NCBI RefSeq assembly: GCF_028641065.1
Contig: NC_073402.1
Location: 22,382,001-22,446,000, forward strand
Reading direction: 5' to 3'
From: Leucoraja erinacea
Lineage: Eukaryota
Length of the DNA stretch: 64,000 nt
Shown: piece after piece, positions 36,803-60,571 of the stretch
Layout of the letters: every line of letters starts with the position of its first letter
How positions within the stretch are numbered: position 1 is the first letter of the stretch
Translations under genes and position numbers: made by a program
The notes under the pieces: generated by a model
Databases searched by the model: none
What the model was told of the DNA's origin: nothing
Seen by the model: only the letters and a program-made list of their open reading frames with translations

Positions 36803-37883
36803 ATGCAAGGCACTCGGCGGAAAGCCACATCGCAGCCAACTGACCGGATTGCGGGAGGGAAGCTGCTAGCTCCCCCTGGTCTTCCGCCCGTCTCCGTGGA
36901 CTCCCTGAGTCTGGAAGTTTACGAAGGGTCGACGCCGGAGCACAGGCGAGCCCAGAGGAAGGAAGGCAAACCGCTGGCGAAAGGTCCCAGCCGCAAAGCG
37001 GATCCCAGAGATTCCAATGGGAACAATTCGGAAAACATCGGGTTCATCCCGGGCTCGGCGGAGAATGCGGACGATTCGGGCTGGTGTGCGTCGTGTGGTT
37101 TGGGAACCTGTGTCACGTGGCAGACCTTCAAAGCAGTCTTCTGCTGCGTGGTGACTTGTGGAGTGTGCAAGGCAGACCCTGGGGGCTATAATCCGTGTAC
37201 CAAGGCCACAGAGTCATCGACAGATGTTAAAGTTACTGAGACTGCCACTTTAAGATATGTTTCAAGCCCAACACATGCCATCACTATGAACTCTGACCTA
37301 AACCCCAAAAAGGCCAACCTTGCAGGCAATAGTTTCAATTATTATGACATCAAGTTGCGTGGGGAAGAGGTGATCTGGGACAAGAGGAGAAGCAGTCAGT
37401 CCACGGACTCGTGTCGCAAGGATCTGCACATCTACAATTCTCAGAAGTCCGAGAGTCCTGGAAGCACATCGCCAAATTCTCACAAGCGCCTTTCTGATGA
37501 GTTCCCCTCCTTCCTAGAGGAGGATCTGGAGAATAATGAACTGAGCGGCTCGATGTCCAGCGCGGAGTTGGATGAGTACATTAACAAGAAGCTGCTGGAA
37601 CTCTTCAGCATTCACCAAATTGACATGTTGGCACAGTGCACGTCTGACACCACCTTCATCAGCAAGAGCAGCGAGATTAGCGAGCTGATCGACAGCATCA
37701 CCAAGGGCTACAAGATCAACGAGAAGGACGCGGAATGCAGGATAGTGACCGGGATCGTCCGGATCAGCACCCGGAAACCCAAGAGAAACAAGCGTAATGC
37801 ACAAGAGCCCAGTGAGGAAAGACTGGTCAGTCTGACCTCGACTGATGCCAAACCTCAAACAGAGACTTTTCTGCCAAGTGATG
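36803..37883 (+). CDS. KDF1: KDF1 large coding exon (exon starts at 36786)
   Basis: Acceptor cccacag ends 36785; gccATG at 36803; donor G|gtgagg at 37884; lies within the 398-aa ORF 36773-37969. Confidence 0.93.
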
Positions 37884-40800
37884 GTGAGGGAACGGCCATT
37901 ACTGGCTGCACGGGGGAGTTGAGGAAATGTTGGGGGTTAGGCGTGGATTGGGAATCGAGGGTTGAGTAGAGGGTTGAGATGCACTGGAGCTGCAGTGAAG
38001 GTTGGGGCTGCACTAGACTTGCCAGAGATGCATTGGAGGTTGTGTCTGTATTGAGGACAAGGACCAAATTGGGTCTTTGATTTGCACGAGTGGTCTGGGC
38101 TGCCTAAATGATCAGGATTGCAGCATGGTTGCATTGGAACTGAATTGATCATTGCAGTGGACATGCAGTGGTGGTCATAAGAGGTACCTTTGGGACAGTG
38201 GAGACTGAATCAGGGGATATATTATAGGCAGCCCCGAGTAACAAGTGGGTCTTTTTTTTTTTTTTTTTCAGTCATCAGTTAGTCGAATTTGTCTGTCAGA
38301 AACATACACAAAATTCCTCTGGTAACCATATCTGCATGATTTATAATGAATGACATCAAAAACATATAAGACTGATAAGGTAATGTTGCTAAAAATATGA
38401 AGAGAGAGGGAATGTAGTTCTGCCATTCGTAAGAATTTGTGTATGTACAGAGCCCTCCATAATGTTTGAGACAAAGACCCACCATTTATTTATTTGCCTC
38501 TGTACTCCACAATTTGAGATTTGTAATAGAAAAAAATCACATGTGGTTAAAGTGCACATTGTCAGATTTTAATAAAGGCCAATTTAATACATTTTGGTTT
38601 CACCATGTAGAAATTACAGCAGTGCTTTTACATGGTCCCCCCCCCCCCCCCCCCCCCCCCCATTTTCAGGGCACCATAATGTTTGGGACACAGCAATGTC
38701 ATGTAAATGAAAGTAGTCATGTTTAGTATTTTGTTGCATATCCTTTGCATGCAATGATTCATGGACATCATCAGTTGTTGCTGGGTGTCTTCTCTGGTGA
38801 TGCTCTGCCAGGCCTGTATTGCAGCCATCTTTAGCTTATGCTTGTTTTGGGGGCTAGACCCCTTCAGTTTTCTCTTTAGCATATAAAAGACATGCTCAAT
38901 AGGGTTCAGATCGGGTGATTGACTTCACCAACAAGAATTGAACATGTTTTAGCTTTGAAAAACTGTTTTGTTGCTTTAGCAGTATGTTTGGAATCATTGT
39001 CTTGCTGTAGAATGGACTGCCGGCCAATGAGCTTTGAGGCATTTGTTTGAACTTGAGCAGTAGGATGTGTCTATACACTTCAGAATTCATTATGCTACTA
39101 CCATCAGCAGTTATACCATCAATGAAGATAAGTGAGCCAGTACTTTCAGCAGCCATACATGCCCAGGCCATAACACCCCCACCATTGTGTTTCACAGATG
39201 AGGTGGTATACTTTGGATCTTGGGCAGTTCCTTCTCTCCTCCATACTTTGCTCTTACAATCACTCTGATATAAGTTAATGTTCATCTCATTTGTCCACAA
39301 CTTTTTCCAGAACTGTGTTTGCTCTTTTAAGTACTTCTTGGCAAACTGTAACCTGGCCATCCTACCTTTGCAGCTAACCAGTGGTTTACATCTTGCTGTG
39401 TAGCCTCTGTATTTCTGTTCATGAAGTCTTCTGCGGACAGTGGTCATTGACAAATCCACTTCTGACTCCTGAAGAGCATTTCTGAACTGTCGGACAGGTG
39501 TTTGGGGATTTTTATTTGTATGACGGACTTGGCAAATGAAAATCCTCGTATGTTGCAAAACATACTTGGCTAATAAAGTATTATTTTGATTGTGATTCCA
39601 ACGGTGATGGAAAGACTGGAGGAAAGACTAGGTACTGAGAGCTCCCTTATACCTGCATTAAAGAGGCATTTAAACTCACCTGAGCAATTACAAACACCTG
39701 TGAAGCCATGTGTCCCAAACATTATGGTGCCATGAAATGGGGGGACTATGTATGAACACTGCTGTAATTTCTATATGGTGAAACCAAAATGTCTAAAAAT
39801 GGCCGTTAATAAAATCTGACAATGTGCACTTTAACCACATGTGATTTTTTTTTTTCTATTACAAATCCCAAATTGTGGAGTACAGAGGCAAATAAATAAA
39901 TGATGGGTCTTTGTCCCAAACATTATGGAGAGCACTGTATGTTGTTGGACATTTGTAACCTGGGGATAGCATGTAACCTTTGGGAGATGCATAGAGTTCA
40001 AGTATGTTAGAGGCTATTGTGATTGCAGAAGTATGACTTGAAACTTTGTTTATGTCTAGATCTCAACTTGGAGATTTCAGTCGTGGATCCGCTGGATTTG
40101 AAGGCAAGGCAATTGCAGGGATTGGCTGCCCCAGGTAATTCCTGAACTCTGTGGTACTGACAGTCAAGTATCTCGAACTTAGAAGTGAACAGTCCCTAGT
40201 CCCTAAGGTAGACAAAAATGCTGGAGAAACTGAGCGGGTGAGGCAACATCTATGGAGCGAAGGAATAGGTGACGTTTCGGGTCGAGACCCTTCTTTAGAC
40301 TGAAGAAGGGTCTCGACCCTAAATGTCACCTATTGAGTCTTAAGAAGGGTCTTGACCCAAAACGTCACCTATTCCTTCGCTCCATAGATGCTGCCTCATC
40401 CGCTGAGTTTCTCCAGCATTTTTATCTACCTTCTATTTTTCCAGCATCTGCACTTCTTTCTTAAACAAACCCTAGTCTCTAACTCGGTGAACTAGACCCG
40501 GTTTGCAGGGTGCGTGGGCCTGAGGACCACAACTGGAACTATGTCCCTGTATATTTGATACGTTTAGTTATTCAGGTCCAGTAACAGCCTCTGAGTTGGA
40601 GGTGGGAATGAGCATGTGTAGACTTGCAGCATGTGTTGATTGCAACATCTGTCCAAACAAATTCAAGTTACTCATGAATGCCTTAAAAAAAAAAAAAAAA
40701 AAGGAAACTGAATAAACTACTCCCAATAAAAACGCTAATTTCATGTAATATGGATACATGAAATCAATCCCAGTACTTGGAAGCAACACGGTCACCACCT

Positions 40801-41584
40801 GAAATGACATTTGAAAATCCCATTCCTCCCTGCTCTGTCAACATTAATTAATTACCTTTCTGCTGCTAAATTCTCTGCTTCAGAGGGCGGTGGAGTCCCG
40901 TTCTCTGGATGCTTTCAAGAGAGAGCTAGATAGGGTTCTTAAAGATAGCCGAGTCGGGGGATATGGGGAGAAGGCAGGAAAGGGGTACTGACTGGGGATG
41001 ATCAGCCATGATCACATTGAATGGCAGTGCTGGCTCAAAGGGCCGAATGGCCTACTCCTGCACCTATTGTCTATTGTCCTCTTCTTCCTGCTCTGGCTCT
41101 TCACTTTCCATACCTCAATTAATTTATTTCTGTCTCATCCCTTGCACTCATCTCTTTCAATCTAGTCTGTTGCATCTAGGTCCCTTGCTCCTCACATCCC
41201 ATACCTCTATTAATTTATTTATCTTTTCTCTCTCTCATCCCTTGCACTCATCTCTTTCAATATTTCCTCCCCACCCTGTGTTCCATATCTATGCCTCGCC
41301 GTTCTCCTTGAACACATCCATTTCTTTGATCCTCCTTAATCAGAATCTGTACATTTCATCAGGTTCTGCACAGTGTCCTTGACTTTGATCTGCTGTGCTT
41401 TTGACATTGCCTCGATATTGTTCTGTTTCCTCATCTCATGCCCCATCACTTGTACAGTTTTAACTGTTCTACCTGAAAAGTCTTTATTGTTCTCTTTCTT
41501 CCTCCAGAAATCCGAAAAGATGATTCTCTTCAGGACACTGAGACTGATTCATCAGGAACTCCGCTGCTCAAAGTCTACCTTTAA
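36803..41584 (+). CDS. KDF1: Keratinocyte differentiation factor 1, 3 coding exons, 410 aa
   Basis: Coding exons 36803-37883, 40060-40134, 41508-41584 (1233 nt, frame consistent). Conserved KDF1 motifs IGFIPGSA, Cys cluster CCVVTCGVC, EYINKKLLELFS..QID.LAQCTSDT.F, DAECRIV.GIVRISTRK and C-terminal DTETDSSGTPLLKVYL. Convergent with NUDC as in human. Confidence 0.93.
38448..39937 (-). mobile_element. Tc1-like transposon relic (IR/DR type), copy 2
   Basis: TA TSD; same TIRs as copy 1; ORF 38896-39558 with KPLVS..RLQFAKKY..FWKK and SVKHNGGGVMAWACM; frameshifted and internally deleted. Confidence 0.92.
40060..40134 (+). CDS. KDF1: KDF1 second coding exon
   Basis: gtctag acceptor; (D)LNLEISVVDPLDLKARQLQGLAAP; gtaatt donor; 75 nt, phase 1-1. 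Confidence 0.88.
40207..40469. repeat. Penelope-derived fold-back element with duplicated hammerhead-like core and 13-bp TSD
   Basis: CCCTAGT(C/T)CTAA-type repeat at 40194-40206 and 40470-40482; GAAGGGTCTYGACCC..AAAYGTCACC present twice on + and once on -. Confidence 0.8.
41508..41584 (+). CDS. KDF1: KDF1 terminal coding exon
   Basis: Polypyrimidine tract plus ccag; (E)IRKDDSLQDTETDSSGTPLLKVYL-TAA. Confidence 0.92.
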
Positions 41585-44500
41585 GATCAGAGGACAAACT
41601 CTCCCCACATTCTTTAATGGACAGGATGGGTGGATCCAGGACAATCATGTGGGATCTGGTGGAAAGTATGGAGCTGAATCGCTTCCCCTCTGGGTTTTGA
41701 CTGTTTTTCATGGTTGTGTTGTTCCTTCCTCCCCTCCCTCCATTCCTCCCTCCCCTTCCCTCCCAACAAAACCTTGGGGATTTTCACTGGTTCTCAGCTC
41801 GATCTCCCAATTTCCAGAGTCTGTTATGACTGGCCTTTAATGTGGCCATTCTTCCATGAGTGCCCTCCCCCTTCTCCCCTCCCTCCTCCCTCCCTCCCAC
41901 CAGCCACTTCGCCCATTCCTCCCTGAGAATAAGGAGCCCTGCCTCGTGCAGGAGATCTGGGTTCAGTGCTGTGGAACAATGAGAATTACTATAAATAAAG
42001 AGTGGGTCACAGGGTCTTTCACCAGGGTCTCGGTAAGTTATCACTCAAGTGGAAGGGTTATGGTTGGTTGTGTGTGTGTACAGTTACTTCTACCTTGCAC
42101 TGGTACCTTGCTTAGCATCCAAGATGCATTCCCAGAAATTGAGTCAACACTAAAATCAGTCTTTATAGCACTAAATATAAAGGCAAGCATAATCAACAAT
42201 GCTGGTTTGTTGGGGTCCTAAGCAAATCCAGCAATTAATTTCCCCAGGGTTCAATGATGAAAGGCTATTAGAGAGGAATGGTGTTGGATGGGCTGTGTTG
42301 GTCTATGTCATTGGGGTTAGGTGGGTCTCAGGATTGCCCTCTCGACGATACAGTGAGTGTGGGCCATTGTTGGGGCAACCTATGAGATTGTCGCCATGGA
42401 GAAATGACTGGAGCAGGGAGTGCTGCGTATCCAAACACAGAAAGGGTGAGACAGCAGCATGCATTACCTCCACAAGGTGGTGAAGAGGGAGACCAGAGGA
42501 ACCTGGTGCTGTCAACATGTGGCGCAGATGCTTCCAGTCTCCAGCACTGACTGCACTCACCCTCCCAGCTGGGCTGAATTCCACATCTCCACTCAGTGCC
42601 CACTCCACTGCCCCAACGCCAGCCCTCCCATGGTGAGCCTTGTAGTGATTTATTGCTGGAGATACATCAGTGGAGTGCAGGGGTAGCTGGGTTCTCCCAA
42701 GCTGATATGTAAAAGTGATTGTGTGGACTGATGGGCCAAGAGTGCTACAAACAATCGGCGTTCTGATGGTGGCATGAAGTAGGGTACCAGTATATACCAT
42801 TATATACTCCATTGAATTGTTTTGGATCACTGATTGAGATGCTGCATTGTGGTGAGAAACATCAATGGATTTTAATGAATTACTTTTTATATTAAAAGAA
42901 AACTGTAAAATTGTCTGTGATCTTGAATATACATTCATCCCTGATCCCAACTCCCAACACGGTTCGGAATACCACCAAGGTATGGACCTGGCTAATGTTA
43001 CATGATTTAGGATTCTATCAGTCGGGCCATTGCTTCTTCTGTTCTGTATTCCTATGATATGGACAAGCTCCGATGGAGCAGTAACACCTTGTCTTTGATA
43101 TCACGATCCACCAAGGTCTGCACTGTGGGAGATCCAAGGGCGATGGAAGTTGACCTGAGCTCATCGAATCCTGTAGACCAGGGGAAATCCAGGTGCAGTC
43201 CTCCATCTGGAGTTGTGAACGCCACATATGTGGGAATATCACAGGCTTCATGCTGCTTCTGTTATTGTTACTCATGTCCTCATCGGTTTGTGGATAAGGG
43301 TAGCAAAGGGCTTATTGGAGGCATAAGAGACGGCAAATGTTGGAATCTTGAGAGGACATTTACGTATTCCAGTGCACTATTAACCAATTAATAATTTTTC
43401 CAGGTTGATTAACCCATTGAAGCCACTTTCTCTGCTAAATAAACCCTCCCGATTGCCTGCTATAGTAACCCATTGAAACCCCTTCCTTAGAATGTTACCA
43501 TGACATAGAAAATAGGTGCAGGAGTAGGCCATTCGGCCCTGAAAATATATGGTCTCGGAGCCCTTCCACCTAGTACACTAACCAATCTTTGCTATTTAAC
43601 TGAGTTACATATTTTTGTCTGCAGTTCTCACTGACTATATTTCCGAGTGTTGTTAATATCAGGTTGATTTCATCCATATATCTGATGGCCAACATAATGT
43701 TACATTTCCCTGTTGTTAGTTGTTCTGTGTTTTTACTGAGATGTTTTATCAACTTTTTTGATATCTTGTAAAAACAAAAAACTGGAAATGCTGGTTAATA
43801 CACAAAACTCCTGAGTGCTGGAGTAACTCGGCACATCAGGCAGCATCTCTGGAGAAAATGGATAGGTAACGTTTTGGATCAAGTCTGAACAAGGGTGTAG
43901 ATCCAAACATCACTATGTTCTCCAGAGATGCTGTCTGACCTGCTGAGTAACTCCCAGCACTTTGTGTCTTTATGTGACATCTTCTATTAACTGAACACTA
44001 TTTTGGATTCAGTTCCATTGAATGTATTCTGGAAATACTACAGGCGGTGGAACCTGGTCAGGAGCTGGAACTATGATGGGCTAAATCAGAATAACATCAT
44101 AAACTGCTGATCAGGCAGCATCTATGGAGGCAAAATGTTGGGTGTTGTATATTCACGGCATATCAAGCTCGTTAATATTGGTAAGTAAGTTTAGTATAGA
44201 TGGGTATATAGACATGGCAGGTTGTGGGGCTTGTTTCTGTGCTGTATGACTGACTATTATAGTGGGAAAGATTGAAAACAGCATCAGGTCAGTGATGACC
44301 TATGTTGGACACTGACCAGGATTGGTTCTGTTGTAGAACCATTCGTTAGCATCATAAGTTTCATGTTAAAAATATTTTAATGTTGGTTAATTCATTATTT
44401 TTGTGCTTAAGAAAACAGGGCTGAATACCCTGTTAGCCATGGGTTTGGCTTCTGATTCGGAGTAATCAAATGGCCATGATAGGTCACAGTAAAAAGAACA

Positions 44501-44868
44501 AATAGTGTGTATCTGGCTAATGGACTTGAACTCAACAGCATGTTTTTTTGGGGGGGGAGGGGCTGTCTCTTCCCCATTCTCACCACAACATTTAATCACC
44601 AAGCATAAGAAAAGATGCAGGAAGCTCAGGCTATGCAGGATGAAGAGGAACATACTACACCTCATTGTACCCAACACAGCTTCAGATACAGGCACTCAAA
44701 TGTAATTATCTCATGTTACTTCTCACTCCCAACAAACAGCCAAGGAGTGGAGCAAATCTTCAAAACCATCAGGAAACTTCCAATACGCATATATTTGGCC
44801 AGAAGTCTAATCTCACTTCTGTTTATCAATACTAAAAATGACAAATAAATGAAGAAATTAACTTAATA

Positions 44869-45287
44869 TTTATTGAACAAACAAGAAAAGTGGTCTAGAA
44901 TAGATAATGACTTTAATTCCCCTAATTTAATTGAAGGGAAAATATATTAGTTTTACTGGATATAATATGATAAACCAGAGGGTTTGATAGAGGTTATGTA
45001 TAAGTGCAAGTCTTCATGTGCTCTAGTTTGGGATCATCTGCTTCAGCCTGTTTCCATTGCAACATATACAATTAAAAACCATCTAACCAACTCTATTCAG
45101 CTCCATGCAAACTGAATCATTATTCATGTGGCCTTTTCACTTGTTTTTTTTAAAGCCGCTTTTCCCCAGGCATCACATCTTTTCGGCAGGATTTTTATGT
45201 GTTAACATGCTAAAGTTAGTGTTTTTTATGTTGAATATGTAAATCCACAAACAATTGCCACACAACTGCCAGTGGATTGGCTTTATT
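44869..45287 (-). terminator. Candidate NUDC polyadenylation signals
   Basis: AATAAA on the minus strand at 45282-45287 and 44869-44874. Confidence 0.4.
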
Positions 45288-46309
45288 GAGAAATGAATTT
45301 CAGCATCAAGGTCCAGTGCATCAATGCAAACCAATATTTAAAAAAAAACATAACATGCTTCATGAAGACGCTAATTTATCTATCCACCCTGTAACTGACC
45401 TGGAAACACAGACAAGGAAATAGAGCAACAACCCATATATTTACAACACTTTGCCTCTTCACCTGGAAGCGTGCAACAGGTCAGTCAACCAGACAACTTC
45501 AAAACCAAATATATAGTAGCCCATCTCAAAGCAGCATGTATATCAACATGGCCATGACTGGGCTAGAACACACAGCAACCAGCAAGAAACAAAATTGAAC
45601 AAAATTGAAGTTCAACCATTTCCACTTCATCAGCAGGTGGGGTTTTGCATAGCACTCACTGAATAGCCTCTGTTTCGTGAACAAGGAGAGCTTCTAATGC
45701 AGCTTGTTTGCATAATGTGTTAGTAGCCAAATATGATTGACATACACACAGATCCTCATCTGAACTTAAGACAAAAGAATAGATCATCAAAGCATTTTCT
45801 GGGTAGCTTCTATTTAAACGTTGCATTTCAACAGGATGCATCTCTCACTTCAAAATTTGTTATAAGGGTATTGAACACCATAAGAATTGGAGATCTCATG
45901 CAATGAAATGGTCAGGAAAGGCCCTGTTGAAGCACAACGATGACCGTAGTGACAACAACGCACATTGATAGATAGCAACTGATGGAGAGGTGCTATTGTC
46001 CGTGTGTCAGGTCAAAAGTAATCAAACTTACTAATCTAATTTACATCGTTTGTGAGATTGACACACCATTAAAGGTGGTAAGTTTGTCATGAGGCCAGCC
46101 AGAAAATGCAGAGGCATGGGTTAATGGCAGCTGATGGATGCTGCATGGCAACTGCAACACAGATGTCAGATGCTTGATGCGCTCAAGAACAACCCAAATG
46201 GTGCACGAACTTGGGGTCCAGGATGCACACAAGGCAATGCACAACAACTTTGTAGAAACTCTTCCAATAGTCTGAGTATCCCCTTCAGTGCCAGGGTGGG
46301 CATATATCT

Positions 46310-57576
<11,267 letters not shown>

Positions 57577-57992
57577 GGTGTGCCGGCTCCCTGTAGCTGC
57601 GACTCGGCCCAATGCCCCAGGCCCGACGCCTTCCACCGGAAGTGTTGCCGCGATGACGGACAGGCCCTGGCGACCAATCGGGAGACGACGTGGGTGGGAC
57701 CCCCGACCCTGGACCAACAGCGTGCGGCTGCGCGCGGTGTTGTCGACGCGGTCGCCACGGTAACTGGAACATTCGGGAAACCGTCCGGGCGGGAGCTCCC
57801 GCCTCTTGCTCGGGCTGGCGCTCGCGCTTCGGGCGGCCTGGACTTGAAACTGGAGGTGGTGGAGGGAGGACTTAAGCCAGAAAGGATTTTGGGGAAGAAA
57901 GAGCTACCTTAAATTTAGATGCATCTGGTAGGGTGAAGATTATTCCATGCTTTAACTGTGCGGGGGAAGAACGAATTGCTGTACACATCTGT

Positions 57993-58176
57993 GTTCAAGA
58001 AGGAACTGCAGATGCTGGAAAATCGAAGGTACACAAAAAGCTGGAGAAACTCAGCGGGTGCAGCAGCATCTATGGAGGTGTCTGAAGAAGTCTGAAGAAG
58101 GGTTTTGGCCCGAAACATTGCCTATTTCCTTCGCTCCATAGATGCTGCTGCAGTTTCTCCAGCTTTTTTGTGTACC
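57993..58176. repeat. Penelope-derived fold-back element with 16-bp TSD, inserted in a minus-strand LINE remnant
   Basis: TGCTGTAC(A/G)CATCTGT at 57977-57992 and 58177-58192; host reads ..TKTDAYS|NSFFPRTVKAWNNL. Confidence 0.8.
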
Positions 58177-58289
58177 TGCTGTACGCATCTGTCTTGGTAG
58201 CTGGAATCTCAAATTGGATCAAATGCCAGATCCTATAGCCTGGACCAAAGATCCTGCTATAAGATCTTTGGCCTGGACCGTGTGATGAG

Positions 58290-58470
58290 TGAGGCAGGAA
58301 GCAGGATAAACCAGAGGCGCTGGAGGCAAGGTGCAGGAGGCAAAAAAAAACAAAACAGGAGAGGCCAGAGGCAAGGGTGCATGAGATATGAGGCACCAGG
58401 AGGCAAGGGGCATGAGGCAAGAAACAGAAGAGGCCACAGGCGCTGGAGGCATGAGAGGATGGAGGCAGGA
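58290..58470 (+). repeat. Degenerate purine-rich minisatellite
   Basis: Recurrent GAGGCA and GGCGCTGGAGGCA units. Confidence 0.6.
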
Positions 58471-60571
58471 GACAATGCTTTGTTCGACTGATGCAGAACA
58501 CACTCACTGGCTTGGTACCAAAGCTCAGAGTATATAACTAGCAGAGAAAATTAGATAGGCAGAGTTTGTAATCATTTGGGAATAAAAAGGAGACCTGTGA
58601 AGGTTTCTGATATACACAAATGCCGGAGTAACTTTCTGATGGGGTTACTTGGGGGAATTCAGAGCAGGTGTGTTTTCAAATTTAATTGCAAGTGGACGTT
58701 GAATTAAAAGTTGAAAACGTTGGAAAAACTCGGCAAGCCAATCAGCATTTTGTGGAAGGTGAAACAGTTAACATTTCGGGTAAGAACTGAGGGAGAATGA
58801 CCTACTGAAAAATGAAACAAACACGGCCAGTGGTTCCTGGAAAGGGGATCTATCCAGACTCAAAATTGGTCAAAGATGAGGTAATTTTCAGTAGGAGAGA
58901 AGGTGGTGGTGGAGGAATGTGTAGAGCAAATACAACCTTCACATTGAATCTGGGATTCAAGAACTAATCAAAGATGAAGCTCACATGGAAGAAGTGATGG
59001 ATGAAAACACATGGATGGTAGTTAAACAAATGCAAGGAATGGGAGGGAATCCATCTGCACAGGAGGGCGGAGAGTTGATTTAGTCACGCACTGGGGACTA
59101 GACAGGGAAAGGATCCATCAACAAGTTGTCTGGAGAAGAATGTTGGCAATAAGATGAATTGGAATGGCTCATTTGGGACAGTTAATAACACTTTTTTCCC
59201 CTTATCCTGCACACATCTAACCTGTCAGACAAGTCCCACCACATTACTATTGATAAGACAGGCTTAATGGATCTGTTCCTACCAGGAACTAAAGGTGCTG
59301 GTTTACAAAAATTGACACAGTGTGCCGAAGTAACTCAGTAGGTCAGGCAGCATCTCTGGAGAACATGGATAGGTTCTGACTGAAACATCACCTATCCCAT
59401 GCTGTCCAGAGATGCTGCCTGACTTGCTGAGTTACTCCAGCACTTTGTGTCTCTGTCTGTACAAGGATGCATTCACATACAAATTGACGGGTCAAATAAT
59501 TGACATGAGTCAAATGGGAATGAGATTAAAAGGTTTGAAGAAATTATTCTACATGATTGTGCCAGAATGAACAGCAGAAAGCTAGCAATCTTCAAAAGCG
59601 TCACACCGCAATGGATGTTTCAATGTTTTCTTGCACATCCTTGGAAGTCATGCAGATGGGATAGATCTGAAGGATCCCATGGCATAATTTGAAGAAGAGG
59701 GAGTGGTTTCTCCCTGACAATTTATTTCCAAAATCAAAATCACTTAAACAGATTTGCAGAACACCTTTCATTATACAAGCACAATTCTAAGCTTCCAGTT
59801 GCCTATCACTTTAATTCTCTGTCCTATTCCCACTCCAACCACTCTGCTTTCAGCCTTTTCACTGGTCCAACAACACTCAGCATTAGCTAGAGGAACATGT
59901 CGTAAGCATCGGGAGCTGACCAGGTTGGTGACTGACTCCGAACTACAGCAATAGCAGCTTCGTCCGCCCCGAATCGTGGGGCTTCAATCGGCCCGTTCGC
60001 TGGACTTTCATCGCCCAGCGCGGCTTAAAATCGGCCGGCAGGGGCTTCAACATCGGGAGCCTCGATCGCCTCGCAATTTGACCGCGGTTGGTGGAAGATC
60101 CCGCGGCCGATTTTAAGCCGCTCCGGGCGACGAAAGGCCCCGCGAACGGGCCGATTCAAGCTCCGCTCTATGATCTTTGCTCCGCCAGGACGTCTCCCTC
60201 CTCCAATCACCGCGCTCTATCCTCAGTCCCACCCGCCTACTTCCGTCTCTGACCGACACCTCCCTCCACCAATCATTGCGCTGAATCATCATATCCCACC
60301 CCCCCACCCCCATTGCCCGCTGACCGACGTCTCTCTCGTCCAGTCGGCACCCTCGATCATCAGTCCCATCCCCACTGTCTCATGGAAAGCGGAGATTATT
60401 AATAGATTTTATTTTTCGCTGAATTTCAAAATCCGGATTACAAAACATAGGGGGGATTGTCCCCCCACCTCTCAAAGCATGGAGGGGAGGTGTGTCCCCC
60501 CCCCTTGATTTCCGCCTATGCCTGGATAAGCTGGGAAACATTGTGAGTCATGTTTTTTTTAAACTTCTACA

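Noticed and set aside
36773-37969. 398-aa single ORF as the full KDF1 protein
   Set aside because: It starts at a TTG in the intron and reads through the donor at 37884; the conserved C-terminus is on exons 40060-40134 and 41508-41584.
42303-42950. 215-aa minus-strand ORF downstream of KDF1
   Set aside because: Non-ATG start, no recognisable domain or exon structure; probably antisense to the KDF1 3' UTR.
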